DNA from: an uncultured Lachnospiraceae bacterium
Lineage (GTDB): Bacteria > Bacillota > Clostridia > Oscillospirales > CAG-272
DNA length: 60,664 nucleotides
Reading direction: 5' to 3'
NCBI GenBank assembly: GCA_964569225.1
Contig: CAZMTU010000003.1
Coordinates: 1-60,664, forward strand
Under the pieces are notes generated by a model. That model saw only the letters and a program-made list of their open reading frames with translations, was not told the origin of the DNA and made no database searches. Within the stretch, counting starts at the first letter, position 1. Every line of letters begins with the position of its first letter. A program made the position numbers and the translations under genes. Below, one piece after another: positions 45,378 to 55,438 of this stretch.

Positions 45378-46859
45378 ATGGAAAAGAAAGACCTTTCACA
45401 GTCTGAAAGATCTCCCAAGGCAACCGAGCCAGAAGGTATTTTTGTTGAAGCCGAAGACGAAACCGATGCCGAAATCGTTTCTAAAAAGACGGCAGAAACA
45501 CTCCATATCTCGGATAGAGAAACTACAGATAAGTCTAAAAACACCTCGGGGGAGGGAAAAGCCTCTCAAAATAAAGGTGAAACTGAAGGTATTCAGATGG
45601 ACGTCTCCGCATTTGAGGAGGGCGATCCTGCGGAAGCCGTAGCCTTTGCGCCGGAGGATGACAGCTCGACGCCCGATATTGTCAGCAAGGATGATTCATT
45701 GGCATTTGGCGATCTGTCAGCCGAGCCAACAGCGCCCGACCCCAACGAAGCTAAGGTGATCCGCAAAAAAGTGATCCGCCATGCCAAAGGCGGCATTATA
45801 AAAGGCTTTTCCGCCGCAATGATCTATCTAATTCTGATCGTTTGCGCGGGTATTCTCTCCGCTTATATTATTATTTCGGTTGCCAATGACGTATTCGCCT
45901 TCACTAAGGATGACTCGCTTTACGAGATTACTATCTCCGATCCGGATATGTCGCTGAAAGAACTGGCCGATTATTTACACGAGGAGGGAATTATTCGCTA
46001 TCCTTTTATTTTCCGTTTGTATGTGGGGCTGAAGGATGACGGAAAAATCAATTTGAAAGAAGGCACCTTCTCTATTTCCCCCTCCTATAACTATGATAAA
46101 ATTCTGAACAACCTGAATCCAACGCCTGCTCGGGAAGAAATTACCATTACCTTCAGCGAAGGACTGACGGTAGACGATATTATCGACATATTCGTGGAAA
46201 ATGGAATCGGTACAAAGGCTGGATTTATTGACGCCATTGAAAATTATGACTTTGATTACTGGTTTCTCGAGGACCTTGAAACCAGCGAAGACCGTTACTA
46301 TCGGTTGGAGGGTTATCTCTATCCTGACACCTACCGATTCTTCACCGATTCCAGCGAAGTAACCGTGCTCAAAAAGCTGCTGGATAACTTTAAACGCAAG
46401 GTGCCCGACACCTATGCGGCACGTTGCGAGGAGCTGGGACTAACCTTAGACGAGGCAGTAATTCTCGCTTCTATGATCGAATCGGAATGCGCGCGGATCA
46501 ATGATTTTGAATATGTATCTGCCGTATTTCACAACCGTCTGAAAAGCGCAAGCTTTGCCGGACTTTTGGGGAGCGACGCCACTATTCAGTATATTCTCCG
46601 CCACACCACCGGTGAACGAAAATCGGTGCTGACCGATGAGGATCTGAAAATTGAGGATCCCTATAATTCCCGTCTGTATGCGGGACTTCCGCCCGGTCCG
46701 ATCTGTAATCCCTCTTTGAATGCCCTGATGGCGGCAGTTTATCCCAATACCGAATGCGGTTATTACTATTTTGTCGCACAGTCGAACGGTTATAATTTGT
46801 ACGCAAAAACCTATCAGCAGCATCTGAAAAATATTGAAGCCGTCAAAAACGGCGCCTGA
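45378..46859 (+). CDS. mltG: Endolytic murein transglycosylase MltG (YceG-like) with a long acidic N-terminal cytoplasmic extension
   Basis: The ATG at 45378 follows AAAGGAA. It has a single TM and a YceG core (ASMIE.E, SVF.NRL ... LGSDAT..Y, YN.R...GLPPGPI.NP). Confidence 0.88.
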   Translation: MEKKDLSQSERSPKATEPEGIFVEAEDETDAEIVSKKTAETLHISDRETTDKSKNTSGEGKASQNKGETEGIQMDVSAFEEGDPAEAVAFAPEDDSSTPDIVSKDDSLAFGDLSAEPTAPDPNEAKVIRKKVIRHAKGGIIKGFSAAMIYLILIVCAGILSAYIIISVANDVFAFTKDDSLYEITISDPDMSLKELADYLHEEGIIRYPFIFRLYVGLKDDGKINLKEGTFSISPSYNYDKILNNLNPTPAREEITITFSEGLTVDDIIDIFVENGIGTKAGFIDAIENYDFDYWFLEDLETSEDRYYRLEGYLYPDTYRFFTDSSEVTVLKKLLDNFKRKVPDTYAARCEELGLTLDEAVILASMIESECARINDFEYVSAVFHNRLKSASFAGLLGSDATIQYILRHTTGERKSVLTDEDLKIEDPYNSRLYAGLPPGPICNPSLNALMAAVYPNTECGYYYFVAQSNGYNLYAKTYQQHLKNIEAVKNGA

Positions 46860-46872
46860 TAAATACTTTCCT

Positions 46873-46910
46873 CAGGAAGCGGAAAATCTTTTTGATTTCT
46901 CCGCTTCCTG
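46873..46910 (+). terminator. Terminator hairpin after mltG
   Basis: CAGGAAGCGGA.AAATC / GATTT.TCCGCTTCCTG followed by GTTGTTT. Confidence 0.6.
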
Positions 46911-46963
46911 GTTGTTTAAGCCGTAAATTTTACGATGAATTTATATTTATTTACAAATCATTG

Positions 46964-46992
46964 TTGACAGGCGGGCCCAAATACGGTATAAT
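46964..46992 (+). promoter_or_regulatory. Consensus sigmaA promoter TTGACA-17-TATAAT
   Basis: TTGACA at 46964-46969 and TATAAT at 46987-46992. It is followed by a leader of about 150 nt before the next ATG at 47148. Confidence 0.7.
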
Positions 46993-47147
46993 AAACGTAT
47001 CTGTAATAAATTGGCGCCTCAGTTTTCAATGCCGCCGCACGGCAGCCGTTTCTGAAACGCCAACGCCGTACCGGACATCCATCAATATGTCCCCTTTCAC
47101 CTTAATTTTCTTTTTTTATTTTAGTTTTTTATAAAGCAGGAAGGTTT

Positions 47148-47756
47148 ATGAAAAAGTTTCTGTCCGCGCCCATTACTGCGCTTATTTTATCTGTTGTATT
47201 ATTGATAAGCGGATGCTCTGAGCAGGATCCCAACGCGCCGAACGGTTATAAAACCGCTTCCAATGAAAAAGTTGACTACACCCTTTTTGTCCCCAACGAC
47301 TGGGTAGTGGACACCGACGATAACAGTCTTATGACCAGCGCCCATGTTTCGGAGTATGAATCCTCCAATATTACCATGATCGCTTATACCAATGACAGCT
47401 ACGCATCAGAAACTGCCGAAGACGGCAGCGAAATTTCTCCTGTTCTCCGTTATTGGTCGGACTATCAAAACAGTCTGCTCCGACTTTTTGATCAGGACGC
47501 AGACGGGAACTCCACTTACAAGCTGGAAACCGACGCAGAAACTACCCTGATGGGTAAAACGGCCAGCGGTGCGAATATTCCCGCTTACCGCTATGTTTAT
47601 ACCGCTGAACTGGGCGGCACTTCTTTGAAATATATGCAGGTTATCGCCAATCATAACGGAAATTTCTATCTCTTCACTTTTACCGCCGCCGCAGAGCGAT
47701 ACGATGAGTATGCAGAAGAGGTAGAAGAACTGCTTACTTATATTGTATTTAACTGA
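47148..47756 (+). CDS. Lipoprotein of unknown function
   Basis: Lipobox LISGCSE. AGGAAGG lies upstream. 202 aa. Confidence 0.7.
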   Translation: MKKFLSAPITALILSVVLLISGCSEQDPNAPNGYKTASNEKVDYTLFVPNDWVVDTDDNSLMTSAHVSEYESSNITMIAYTNDSYASETAEDGSEISPVLRYWSDYQNSLLRLFDQDADGNSTYKLETDAETTLMGKTASGANIPAYRYVYTAELGGTSLKYMQVIANHNGNFYLFTFTAAAERYDEYAEEVEELLTYIVFN

Positions 47757-47763
47757 GTCTGTT

Positions 47764-48930
47764 ATGAATGAAATTTACTTAGATAACAGCGCCACTACCC
47801 CTCTATGCCCGGAAGCAGCTGAAGCAATCTCCGCGGCGGCGGTCAATTTCGGCAATCCCTCTTCTCTTCATGCCGTCGGTGAACGGGCTAAAAAAATGAC
47901 TGAAACCGCCCGAAAACAGCTGCTCACCGCGCTGTCCATTCGTCCTTCCTCCCCTCGTACCGTTATTTTCACCTCCTGCGGAAGCGAAGCCAACAATCTT
48001 GCTGTTTTCGGTGTTTTTAAAGCCAAGCATTTTCGCTTTAAGCCCCGAATTATTACCACTGACAGTGAGCATCCCTCGATTTTGGAGCCGTTGAAGGCAC
48101 TGGAAACCGCCGGTGAAGCAGAAGTTGTCCGCTTGTCTACCAGAGGCGGTCAATTGAATATGGATGAGCTGGAAAAAGCGGTAACCCCCCAAACAGTTTT
48201 ACTCTCACTGATGCTGGTCAACAATGAAACAGGCGCAATTTACGATGTCCGGCAGGCATTTACCCTTGCTAAAGCTAAAAATCCTGATCTGATTACCCAC
48301 ACCGACCTGACACAGGGATTTCTGAAAGCAGCGGTCCCCGGCGGATATGACCGTTTAGGCGCTGATCTGCTGACCGTCAGCGGTCATAAAATCGGCGCGC
48401 CTAAGGGAATAGGCGCACTGATCGTTTCCACTTCCCTGATCCGGTCCAAAAAGCTGATTCCGTGGCTGTACGGCGGCGGTCAGGAGGGAGGTATGCGCTC
48501 AGGCACCGAAAATACTATTGGCATTGCCGCCTTCGGCGCTGCATGCGAAGCAAACTTTCATCGCCTGCCCCAAGCGTCCGAACGGCTTGAAATACTGCGG
48601 CAAACCTTTCTTTCCGCATTGTCTGAAGAAATAAAGATCAATGAGCCTCCTTTGAGAGCGCCTCATATTATCAGCATCACACTGCCTAAAATTAAAAGTC
48701 AGACTGCACTGAATGCGCTGTCGGCAAAAGGAATTTACGTTTCCAGCGGATCGGCATGTGCCTCCCACGGAGGGCACAAAAGCTATGTGCTGCTCGCTTA
48801 CGGACTAACGCCTGAGGCTGCGGACTGTACGCTTCGTGTAAGTCTATCGGCTGACAATACTGAAAATGAGCTTCTTGTTGCTGCTGAAGCAATCAACGAA
48901 GTATGCAATAAAATTATTAAAATTCATTGA
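47764..48930 (+). CDS. Cysteine desulfurase (NifS/IscS class I, PLP-dependent)
   Basis: Start at MNEIYLDNSATTP. Motifs SGHKIGAPKGIGAL (PLP Lys) and VSSGSACAS (active-site Cys). Confidence 0.88.
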   Translation: MNEIYLDNSATTPLCPEAAEAISAAAVNFGNPSSLHAVGERAKKMTETARKQLLTALSIRPSSPRTVIFTSCGSEANNLAVFGVFKAKHFRFKPRIITTDSEHPSILEPLKALETAGEAEVVRLSTRGGQLNMDELEKAVTPQTVLLSLMLVNNETGAIYDVRQAFTLAKAKNPDLITHTDLTQGFLKAAVPGGYDRLGADLLTVSGHKIGAPKGIGALIVSTSLIRSKKLIPWLYGGGQEGGMRSGTENTIGIAAFGAACEANFHRLPQASERLEILRQTFLSALSEEIKINEPPLRAPHIISITLPKIKSQTALNALSAKGIYVSSGSACASHGGHKSYVLLAYGLTPEAADCTLRVSLSADNTENELLVAAEAINEVCNKIIKIH

Positions 48931-48946
48931 AATGAGGTAACTGACC

Positions 48947-50188
48947 ATGAAAATTAAACTGCTCGCAGTGCTGCTTGCCGCATTAACGGTATTGCCTGTA
49001 TTTACCGGCTGCGCAAACTCAGACACCCCTGCAGCCACCGATGCTTCTACCAATACCACGGCCGAAGAACAGGAAGATAATTCCCCTGTTCTATCTTACG
49101 GTGAATTCGGTGAAGCAGGGTTAGAGTTGATGCTGAATGTAATCAGCGACTACTATCTGCGCACCAACACATTGTGTTCAGAACCCAAAAATGCAAATGC
49201 TGCTGCCGTTTGGGGCGTTGCATCTTTTATTGAAGCACTGGCGGAAACCTACCGTCTCTATCCCGACAATACCAAGGTTGCGGACACTTATGTAAAAGCG
49301 TTAGACAAGTGTCTGACAACTTATAAGGTAGAAAACGCCACTATTTCTACTCCTACCGGACGCGCAAAGGTTTCGTATTATAACGCCACCAAAGGTCAAT
49401 CAGGCGACTACTACTACGATGACGATGCGTGGCTGTGCATTCAGTTTCTGAATGCTTATGAGCTGTTAGGCGATGAAAAGTACCTGCAGCTGGCAGAAGA
49501 AACGCTGGAATTTCTCTGGACCGGCTGGGATGAGCAGATGGGCGGCGGTATTTACTGGGATAAAAGCTATTCGGGCAAAAATACCTGTGCTAACGGTCCT
49601 ACCGCTATCTCTTTCCTATGGGCTTATCAAATTACCCAAAAGGAAGATTACTTAGAAAAAGGCAAAAAAATCTATGATTGGACCCGTTCGGCTTTACTGG
49701 ACAACAATCTATATAGCGACTCCATTGGACTGGACGGCGGCATTAACGGTTGGAAGGCAGCTTATAATCAAGGCGTTATGATCTACGCCGGATCGCAGCT
49801 TTATGAAATTACCGGCGATGAAACCTACTACAAGGATACGAAGGCAACCGTAACCGCTACGGTCAGTCTGATGTTCAACGGTACCGGCAAGCGAGTCAAA
49901 ATGAATGGCAATCCGATCTACAAATCATGGTGTATAGGCTGGCTGACAAGGGGACTCATTAAGTATTATACCGTTGACCCCTCCAAAAACACTCGTCCCA
50001 TGGAATATCTGGAAACCGTACTGACCAATGAGCTGACCACCAAAAACGAGGACGGTTATTACGATCCCTACTTCCTTAGCGGGGATTGGACCAGCGAGTC
50101 CACCACCGACGTGCTTCAGCCCTGCGGCATTACCTCAGTTTTTTGTCTGACCGCATATTTTGACGCCGTTATCAAACAGGCATCCTAA
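48947..50188 (+). CDS. Glycoside hydrolase family 76-like lipoprotein (second paralogue)
   Basis: Lipobox FTGCANS. Motifs YYDDDAWLCIQF and GGIYWDKSYSGKNTCANGP. Confidence 0.65.
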   Translation: MKIKLLAVLLAALTVLPVFTGCANSDTPAATDASTNTTAEEQEDNSPVLSYGEFGEAGLELMLNVISDYYLRTNTLCSEPKNANAAAVWGVASFIEALAETYRLYPDNTKVADTYVKALDKCLTTYKVENATISTPTGRAKVSYYNATKGQSGDYYYDDDAWLCIQFLNAYELLGDEKYLQLAEETLEFLWTGWDEQMGGGIYWDKSYSGKNTCANGPTAISFLWAYQITQKEDYLEKGKKIYDWTRSALLDNNLYSDSIGLDGGINGWKAAYNQGVMIYAGSQLYEITGDETYYKDTKATVTATVSLMFNGTGKRVKMNGNPIYKSWCIGWLTRGLIKYYTVDPSKNTRPMEYLETVLTNELTTKNEDGYYDPYFLSGDWTSESTTDVLQPCGITSVFCLTAYFDAVIKQAS

Positions 50189-50201
50189 TCAAACCGCGAA
50201 T

Positions 50202-50230
50202 CCCCGTACTTATCAAGTACGGGGGTTTTT
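50202..50230 (+). terminator. Intrinsic terminator
   Basis: CCCCGTACT / AGTACGGGG stem followed by GTTTTTAT. Confidence 0.8.
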
Positions 50231-50390
50231 ATACCGCCGAAGCAAAATAACCAACCAAATTCCCAAAATTCTAAAACAGTAACGGAATATTCATAAATAA
50301 GGATTATAATAATAAAGATATGGGATTGTTTTGATCCTATTCTGTCCGCACATTAACCTGACCGGACCACCGTTAAACAGAGGAGATTTT

Positions 50391-50912
50391 ATGGAAGCAC
50401 ACTATTCCCCACGACTCTGTACCTGCTGCTTCACCGGTCACAGAGATCTCAACATACAAACGCTGAAAGCAGCAGAATCCGAACTGAAGCGGCTAATCGC
50501 GCTGCTGGCCTCTCATCGTGTTCGTACTTTTATTACAGGCGGCGCTTTGGGATTTGATACGCTTGCAGCCGCTTCAGTCATCAATTTGCGCAGGACAGCA
50601 TATCCCGATATTCGGCTGGTATTGGCACTGCCCTGTCCGGAACAGGCCAACCGATGGTCTGCCGCTAACCGTGCGCTTTACCGTGATCTCCGGGAAAACG
50701 CAGATGAGGTGTGTATGGTTTCTCAGCAGTATTCGCCTGGCTGCATGCAAAAACGCAATCAATATATGATCGATCGAAGCAGTTATCTTATCAGCTATGT
50801 TGCCCGTCCCTCCGGCGGATCCTTTGCTACTCTTCAATATGCTCAAAAGCAGGGGCTTCATATTCAAAATCTGGCGCCAAACGCTGTACAAATTGAGAAA
50901 TATCTGCTATAA
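50391..50912 (+). CDS. SLOG-fold / DUF1273 (YpsA-like) family protein
   Basis: Start at MEAHY, after GAGGAG. CCFTGHR at the N-terminus and TGGALGFD are typical of this family as I recall it. Confidence 0.65.
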   Translation: MEAHYSPRLCTCCFTGHRDLNIQTLKAAESELKRLIALLASHRVRTFITGGALGFDTLAAASVINLRRTAYPDIRLVLALPCPEQANRWSAANRALYRDLRENADEVCMVSQQYSPGCMQKRNQYMIDRSSYLISYVARPSGGSFATLQYAQKQGLHIQNLAPNAVQIEKYLL

Positions 50913-50927
50913 TAAAAAGAGGCAATA

Positions 50928-51689
50928 ATGGAAATAAATTCCCGCGACCTGAAGCTTCTCCAGAATACTTATTCTGCTTCGGATGGTCCGAGTTCACTGA
51001 ACGCTGCTCTTAAGCGATATAAAGCAGGCGAACCGCTTGCCTACCTATTGGGCGAGCAGCCCTTTTGGAGATATACCTTCAAGGTCAGTCCTGATGTTCT
51101 CATCCCCCGTCCCGATACAGAACGGGTAGTGGAAACGGCGCTTGCTCATTTGCCGGAAGGCGGCCGCTTTGCCGATCTGTGTACCGGAAGCGGCTGTATC
51201 GCGATTTCTATCGCGGGAGAACGTCAGGACGTTACCGGCGTAATGGCAGACCTGTCACCCGCCGCGCTGAAAATCGCAGAGGAAAATGCTATTCGTATCG
51301 GAGTGCAGAACCGGATTGGCTTGGTCTGCGCCGATCTGCTATCTGAAAATCCCCTGACTGGCCTGTTTGATTTGATTGTTTCAAATCCGCCCTATATTCC
51401 CGCCAATGATATTGCCCTATACCCTACTCTGCGCTATGAGCCGCGGATGGCATTAGACGGCGGTGAAGATGGATTGCTTTTTTACAAAGCCTTTATTGCC
51501 CGTTTTTCCGGGCTGCTGAAGCCCAAAGGGGTTTTTGTCTTTGAAATTGGCTACGACCAACGTGCCGCCATACTCAGTCTGGCAGCTGAAGCCGGTTTTT
51601 GCTGCGCCGTTACCAAGGATTATGGCGGCAATGATCGGGTAGCCCTACTGACACGTCTGTCTGAAATGTCAAAAGGAGAAGCATTATGA
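50928..51689 (+). CDS. prmC: Release-factor glutamine N5-methyltransferase
   Basis: PLAY..G...F, RPDTE, DLCTGSG and the NPPY motif (SNPPYIP). Confidence 0.85.
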   Translation: MEINSRDLKLLQNTYSASDGPSSLNAALKRYKAGEPLAYLLGEQPFWRYTFKVSPDVLIPRPDTERVVETALAHLPEGGRFADLCTGSGCIAISIAGERQDVTGVMADLSPAALKIAEENAIRIGVQNRIGLVCADLLSENPLTGLFDLIVSNPPYIPANDIALYPTLRYEPRMALDGGEDGLLFYKAFIARFSGLLKPKGVFVFEIGYDQRAAILSLAAEAGFCCAVTKDYGGNDRVALLTRLSEMSKGEAL

Positions 51690-52111
51690 AAGGCAAAACA
51701 CTGTTGAAAGAGGTTATTCGCTACCAATGGTACGATGTGCTATTTGACCGCTTTTACACCCATGAACATTCTTCCTTGCCGGTAAATGATCTATGGCAGG
51801 ACACGGCCTTCCGCATTACCTTCAATTGGGGATTATGTGCCGGCGGCGGTATCTGTGTGCTGCTTTTTCTGCTTACGCTGCGTTTTGTCCGAAGCCTATG
51901 GCTCATTCCGGTCATTCTTCTGTTTATTGCGCTTGCCTTTATTTTTTCTTCCTTTTTTTCCTGCATATATCTTTTCTGTCGAATAAAACGCCACTATAAG
52001 GATGAAGCATATGCCCAACGTATGGAAATGGAAGACATCGGTGAACTGCATGGTGAACAAAGCGAAGCGACCGACCCTAAGCAGTCGGGCGATCCGCCGA
52101 ATATGCCTTGA
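51686..52111 (+). CDS. Small membrane protein of unknown function
   Basis: ATGA overlap with prmC. Two hydrophobic helices and an acidic tail. Confidence 0.55.
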   Translation: MKGKTLLKEVIRYQWYDVLFDRFYTHEHSSLPVNDLWQDTAFRITFNWGLCAGGGICVLLFLLTLRFVRSLWLIPVILLFIALAFIFSSFFSCIYLFCRIKRHYKDEAYAQRMEMEDIGELHGEQSEATDPKQSGDPPNMP

Positions 52112-52162
52112 CAACACCCAGGCACTGAATAAATCAAGTTTGATATACGAAAGGTGAATACC

Positions 52163-53233
52163 ATGAATCAATTGAAATTATGCTGCCTCTTCGGCGGCGC
52201 CTCTTCTGAATATGAAGTATCTTTGCGCAGTGCCGCTTCTATGCTGGCACATATCGATCCCGCCCGTTACGAGATATTCAAGGTGGGCATCACCAAATCA
52301 GGTAATTGGTATCTCTTTGAAGGCGCGCTTTCGGAAATAGAAAACGGCGATTGGTGCCGTGATGAAGCCGCTTTACATCCCGCGTTTCTATCCCCCTCCC
52401 GAAAGGACGGCTGCCTGTACATTTTATCGCCCGACGGCAGCTTTCAAAAGCAACCAATAGACGTCATCCTTCCCGCTGTCCACGGCACTAACTGCGAGGA
52501 CGGCGTTTTGCAGGGACTGCTTCAACTAACCGGCATTCCGTTCGTAGGTTCCGACTGCCTGTCCTCCGCCGTCTGCATGGACAAAGCCACTACTAAATCA
52601 GTGCTACAGCCCTACCGCATTCCTCAGGCAAAAGCGATTTTCGCTTCCCGCGCCGACCTCAGTCAAGCCTTTGAGCAGCTTGCGGCTCAAGTAGAAACGC
52701 TTGGCTATCCGGTATTTGTGAAGCCTTCTTCTGCCGGTTCATCTGTAGGCGTCAGCAAGGTCAAATCCGCTGATAAGCTCCGTCCTGCCTTGGAAGAAGC
52801 GCTGCGCTATGATGAGAAGGTACTGATCGAGGAATTTATTAAAGGCCGTGAAATTGAGGTCGCCGTCATGGGAAACGAAGCGCCGGTGGCATCGGTCTGC
52901 GGCGAAATTGATCCGGGCAGCGAATTTTATGACTATGAAAGCAAATACCTATCGGATACCGCCTCTTATTTTATTCCTGCCCGCTTGACCGATGAACTGT
53001 CAGATCGTATCCGCGCCTGTGCCTGTGAAATCTATCGAAGGCTTGGCTGCCGGGGGCTATCAAGAGTTGACTTCTTTGCTGCCGATGACGGACAATTTAT
53101 TTTCAATGAGATCAATACCCTGCCCGGTTTTACTTCCATCAGCATGTATCCTAAGCTGTTCATGGCAGGCGGGATGACTTACGACCAAGTTATCAACAGC
53201 CTGATTTCGCTTGCACTGGAGAAATCGCATTAA
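52163..53233 (+). CDS. ddl: D-alanine--D-alanine ligase
   Basis: The ATG at 52163 follows GAAAGGTG. Motifs LFGG.S.EYEVSL.SA, HG..GEDG..QG and NE.NT.PGFT..S.YP. Confidence 0.92.
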   Translation: MNQLKLCCLFGGASSEYEVSLRSAASMLAHIDPARYEIFKVGITKSGNWYLFEGALSEIENGDWCRDEAALHPAFLSPSRKDGCLYILSPDGSFQKQPIDVILPAVHGTNCEDGVLQGLLQLTGIPFVGSDCLSSAVCMDKATTKSVLQPYRIPQAKAIFASRADLSQAFEQLAAQVETLGYPVFVKPSSAGSSVGVSKVKSADKLRPALEEALRYDEKVLIEEFIKGREIEVAVMGNEAPVASVCGEIDPGSEFYDYESKYLSDTASYFIPARLTDELSDRIRACACEIYRRLGCRGLSRVDFFAADDGQFIFNEINTLPGFTSISMYPKLFMAGGMTYDQVINSLISLALEKSH

Positions 53234-53387
53234 AAGCGTCGAATTACCGATTAAAATCTGCTGATTTTATGGAGTTTTACACAATATCGACAGAGTTTTC
53301 CACAGATTTGAACTCCTTTAACGGTACTTTTCCACAGGCTGTACTGCCGTTACAAATCTAAATTCTGTATCTGAAAGGATGCTTTTT

Positions 53388-54419
53388 ATGTCATCTGCTT
53401 CTAACCGCGTAAGGCGAATATGGTTCCTGTTTATTTCCGCAGCACTGCTTATTGTTACTGTTACACAAACAGTTCTCTATCTGAACTGCTACGATTTTTC
53501 CCTCGGCTTGTATAAGCAGGGAATACCGGAAGGCTGGTTTAAAGCTGCTTATTTGCTGATAGGCCTGCTGCTTTGTATTCCCTTGCTGCCGCTGAAAAAG
53601 CGTTTTTTTCCCTCATTTAAAAGAGATCAAGTCATTCCGCTTACAATGAAAACCGATTTTTTTGCTCTACTGACCGCCGCTTCTATCGCGGCTACACTGA
53701 TTACACAAATGCTGCTTCTTTCTTCAGATGACCGACTGTCTGTTCTGCTGCTCACTCCTTCGTCTGCTAATGTTACCGCCCACAATATGCTGCTGGTTTC
53801 TTTGGCGTTGGCACTTCCTGCCATTCTCTATTTAATAGGTCAGTTTGCCCGCCGAACTTGGCCCTATGCCGCCGTTCTGACTATGCTTTGGGTGTGCGCA
53901 TATATGCTGCGCGTTTATTTTGACATGAGCGTCCTGCTGATGAATCCCATGCGGCAGCTTACTTTAGCCGCACTGTCCGCAGTTGTTGTTTTCTTGCTCT
54001 GCGAACTGCGCCTTGCCCGTGAGTTGTTTATGCCCCGCCTTTACATTATATCCGCTGTTTTCACCAGTCTGCTGGCAGGCTCCAACGGCATCTCCGGACT
54101 GATTCTCACCGCTGCCGGAAAGCTGACTCTTTCTATAGAAACTGTTTATTTAGCATTTCAAGCGTTTATAGCCCTTTATGCGCTTTTTCGGCTGCAAGCA
54201 TTGCTCGTTTCCGCACCCAACCAACTATCCGAAACGACCGTTAAACCGATTGCCGCAAAGTCCCTCGCGAATGAAATTCACCCCTCCGACAGTCTTACCG
54301 TTAATATGGCTGATACTACTAATATGGCTGATACTACTGCCTCTGCCGATAAAACAACTTCGGTCAACGACTGTTCCGAAATCCCTGACGACGAGTCTGA
54401 CTTTGAGGCGAAATCATGA
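53388..54419 (+). CDS. Polytopic membrane protein of unknown function
   Basis: The second ATG has better spacing from GAAAGG. About 8 TM segments. The hydrophilic tail contains a duplicated NMADTT. Confidence 0.6.
   Translation: MSSASNRVRRIWFLFISAALLIVTVTQTVLYLNCYDFSLGLYKQGIPEGWFKAAYLLIGLLLCIPLLPLKKRFFPSFKRDQVIPLTMKTDFFALLTAASIAATLITQMLLLSSDDRLSVLLLTPSSANVTAHNMLLVSLALALPAILYLIGQFARRTWPYAAVLTMLWVCAYMLRVYFDMSVLLMNPMRQLTLAALSAVVVFLLCELRLARELFMPRLYIISAVFTSLLAGSNGISGLILTAAGKLTLSIETVYLAFQAFIALYALFRLQALLVSAPNQLSETTVKPIAAKSLANEIHPSDSLTVNMADTTNMADTTASADKTTSVNDCSEIPDDESDFEAKS
54303..54338 (+). repeat. Perfect 18-bp tandem duplication (AATATGGCTGATACTACT x2), in frame
   Basis: Read directly from the sequence. 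It encodes NMADTT twice in the tail of the membrane protein. Confidence 0.9.
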
Positions 54420-55165
54420 GTCAATACGACCTGCTGGCACCCTTCTACGATCAATTAAATTCCGATGTCAATTATGACGGGTTGTGCGCCTTCTTCTGTA
54501 AAGCCCTTGCTAAACGGAATATTCACCCGCCTGCCTTAATCTTAGATGCCGCCTGCGGTACCGGAAGCATGACGTTGCGCCTTGCCAAAGCCGGTTATGA
54601 TATGATCGGTATTGACCTGTCTACCGAGATGCTCAGTGAAGCAAGGGATAAATGTGCGGATGAAGGCGTATTTCCGCTGCTGCTCTGTCAAAGTCTGACA
54701 GGAATTGATCTATACGGTACCGTGAAAGCTGCGCTCTGTACACTGGACAGTCTGAACTATTTGACCGGGGCAGGAGAATTGGAATCCTGCTTCACTCTAA
54801 TGCACAATTATATTGAGCCTAACGGTCTTTTCTTCTTTGATGTAAACACGCCTCACAAGTTTGAGCAGATTTACGGCGATAACTGTTATATTTTAGAAAG
54901 CCCAAATGTTTATTGCGGTTGGCAAAACCATTACAATCTCCGCACACATCTGTGCACCTTTGAACTGACCTTCTTTGAAAAGCTGCCAGACGGAAAATGG
55001 AAACGCAGCGAGGAACTCCAGAGAGAACGCTGCTACTCCGACCGCACAATTCAATTACTGCTGCACAAAACCGGCTTTGAATTGATAGGCTGTTACGGTG
55101 CTTTGGACTGTACACCGGCTGCTGCGGATGACGATCGGCATTACTATCTTTGCCTTCGAAAATGA
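54416..55165 (+). CDS. Class I SAM-dependent methyltransferase
   Basis: ATGA overlap with the upstream gene. Motif I is ILDAACGTGSMT, followed by GIDLS.EML. Confidence 0.8.
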   Translation: MSQYDLLAPFYDQLNSDVNYDGLCAFFCKALAKRNIHPPALILDAACGTGSMTLRLAKAGYDMIGIDLSTEMLSEARDKCADEGVFPLLLCQSLTGIDLYGTVKAALCTLDSLNYLTGAGELESCFTLMHNYIEPNGLFFFDVNTPHKFEQIYGDNCYILESPNVYCGWQNHYNLRTHLCTFELTFFEKLPDGKWKRSEELQRERCYSDRTIQLLLHKTGFELIGCYGALDCTPAAADDDRHYYLCLRK

Positions 55166-55269
55166 AAAAAGCGTTTTCTTGTCTGTACAATAGATAAAAG
55201 GAAAGCAAAAAGTTTCACTTTTAAAACGTATTTCTATTTAAGCGATTCTCCCACAATAATAGAAAGCTT

Positions 55270-55307
55270 CAAACGGGCTGCCGCATGTTAGTACGGCAGC
55301 CCGTTTG
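55270..55307 (+). terminator. Intrinsic terminator
   Basis: CAAACGGGCTGCCG / CGGCAGCCCGTTTG 14-bp stem followed by GCATTTG. Confidence 0.7.
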
Positions 55308-55349
55308 GCATTTGTCTATAGAGATGTTTTAATTTTTTTATAAAAGGAC

Positions 55350-55399
55350 TTGACAAATACCCTCAAGGGGTATATAATGTTTATACCCCTTGAGGGTAT
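55350..55399 (+). promoter_or_regulatory. Consensus promoter TTGACA-17-TATAAT carrying two CsoR-type operators that are exact reverse complements of each other
   Basis: TTGACA at 55350-55355 and TATAAT at 55373-55378. ATACCCTCAAGGGGTAT (55357-55373) fills the spacer. ATACCCCTTGAGGGTAT (55383-55399) lies around the predicted +1. Confidence 0.75.
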
Positions 55400-55438
55400 A
55401 ATTCTGATTTTTATGTAAAATTAATTTAGGAGGACCAA

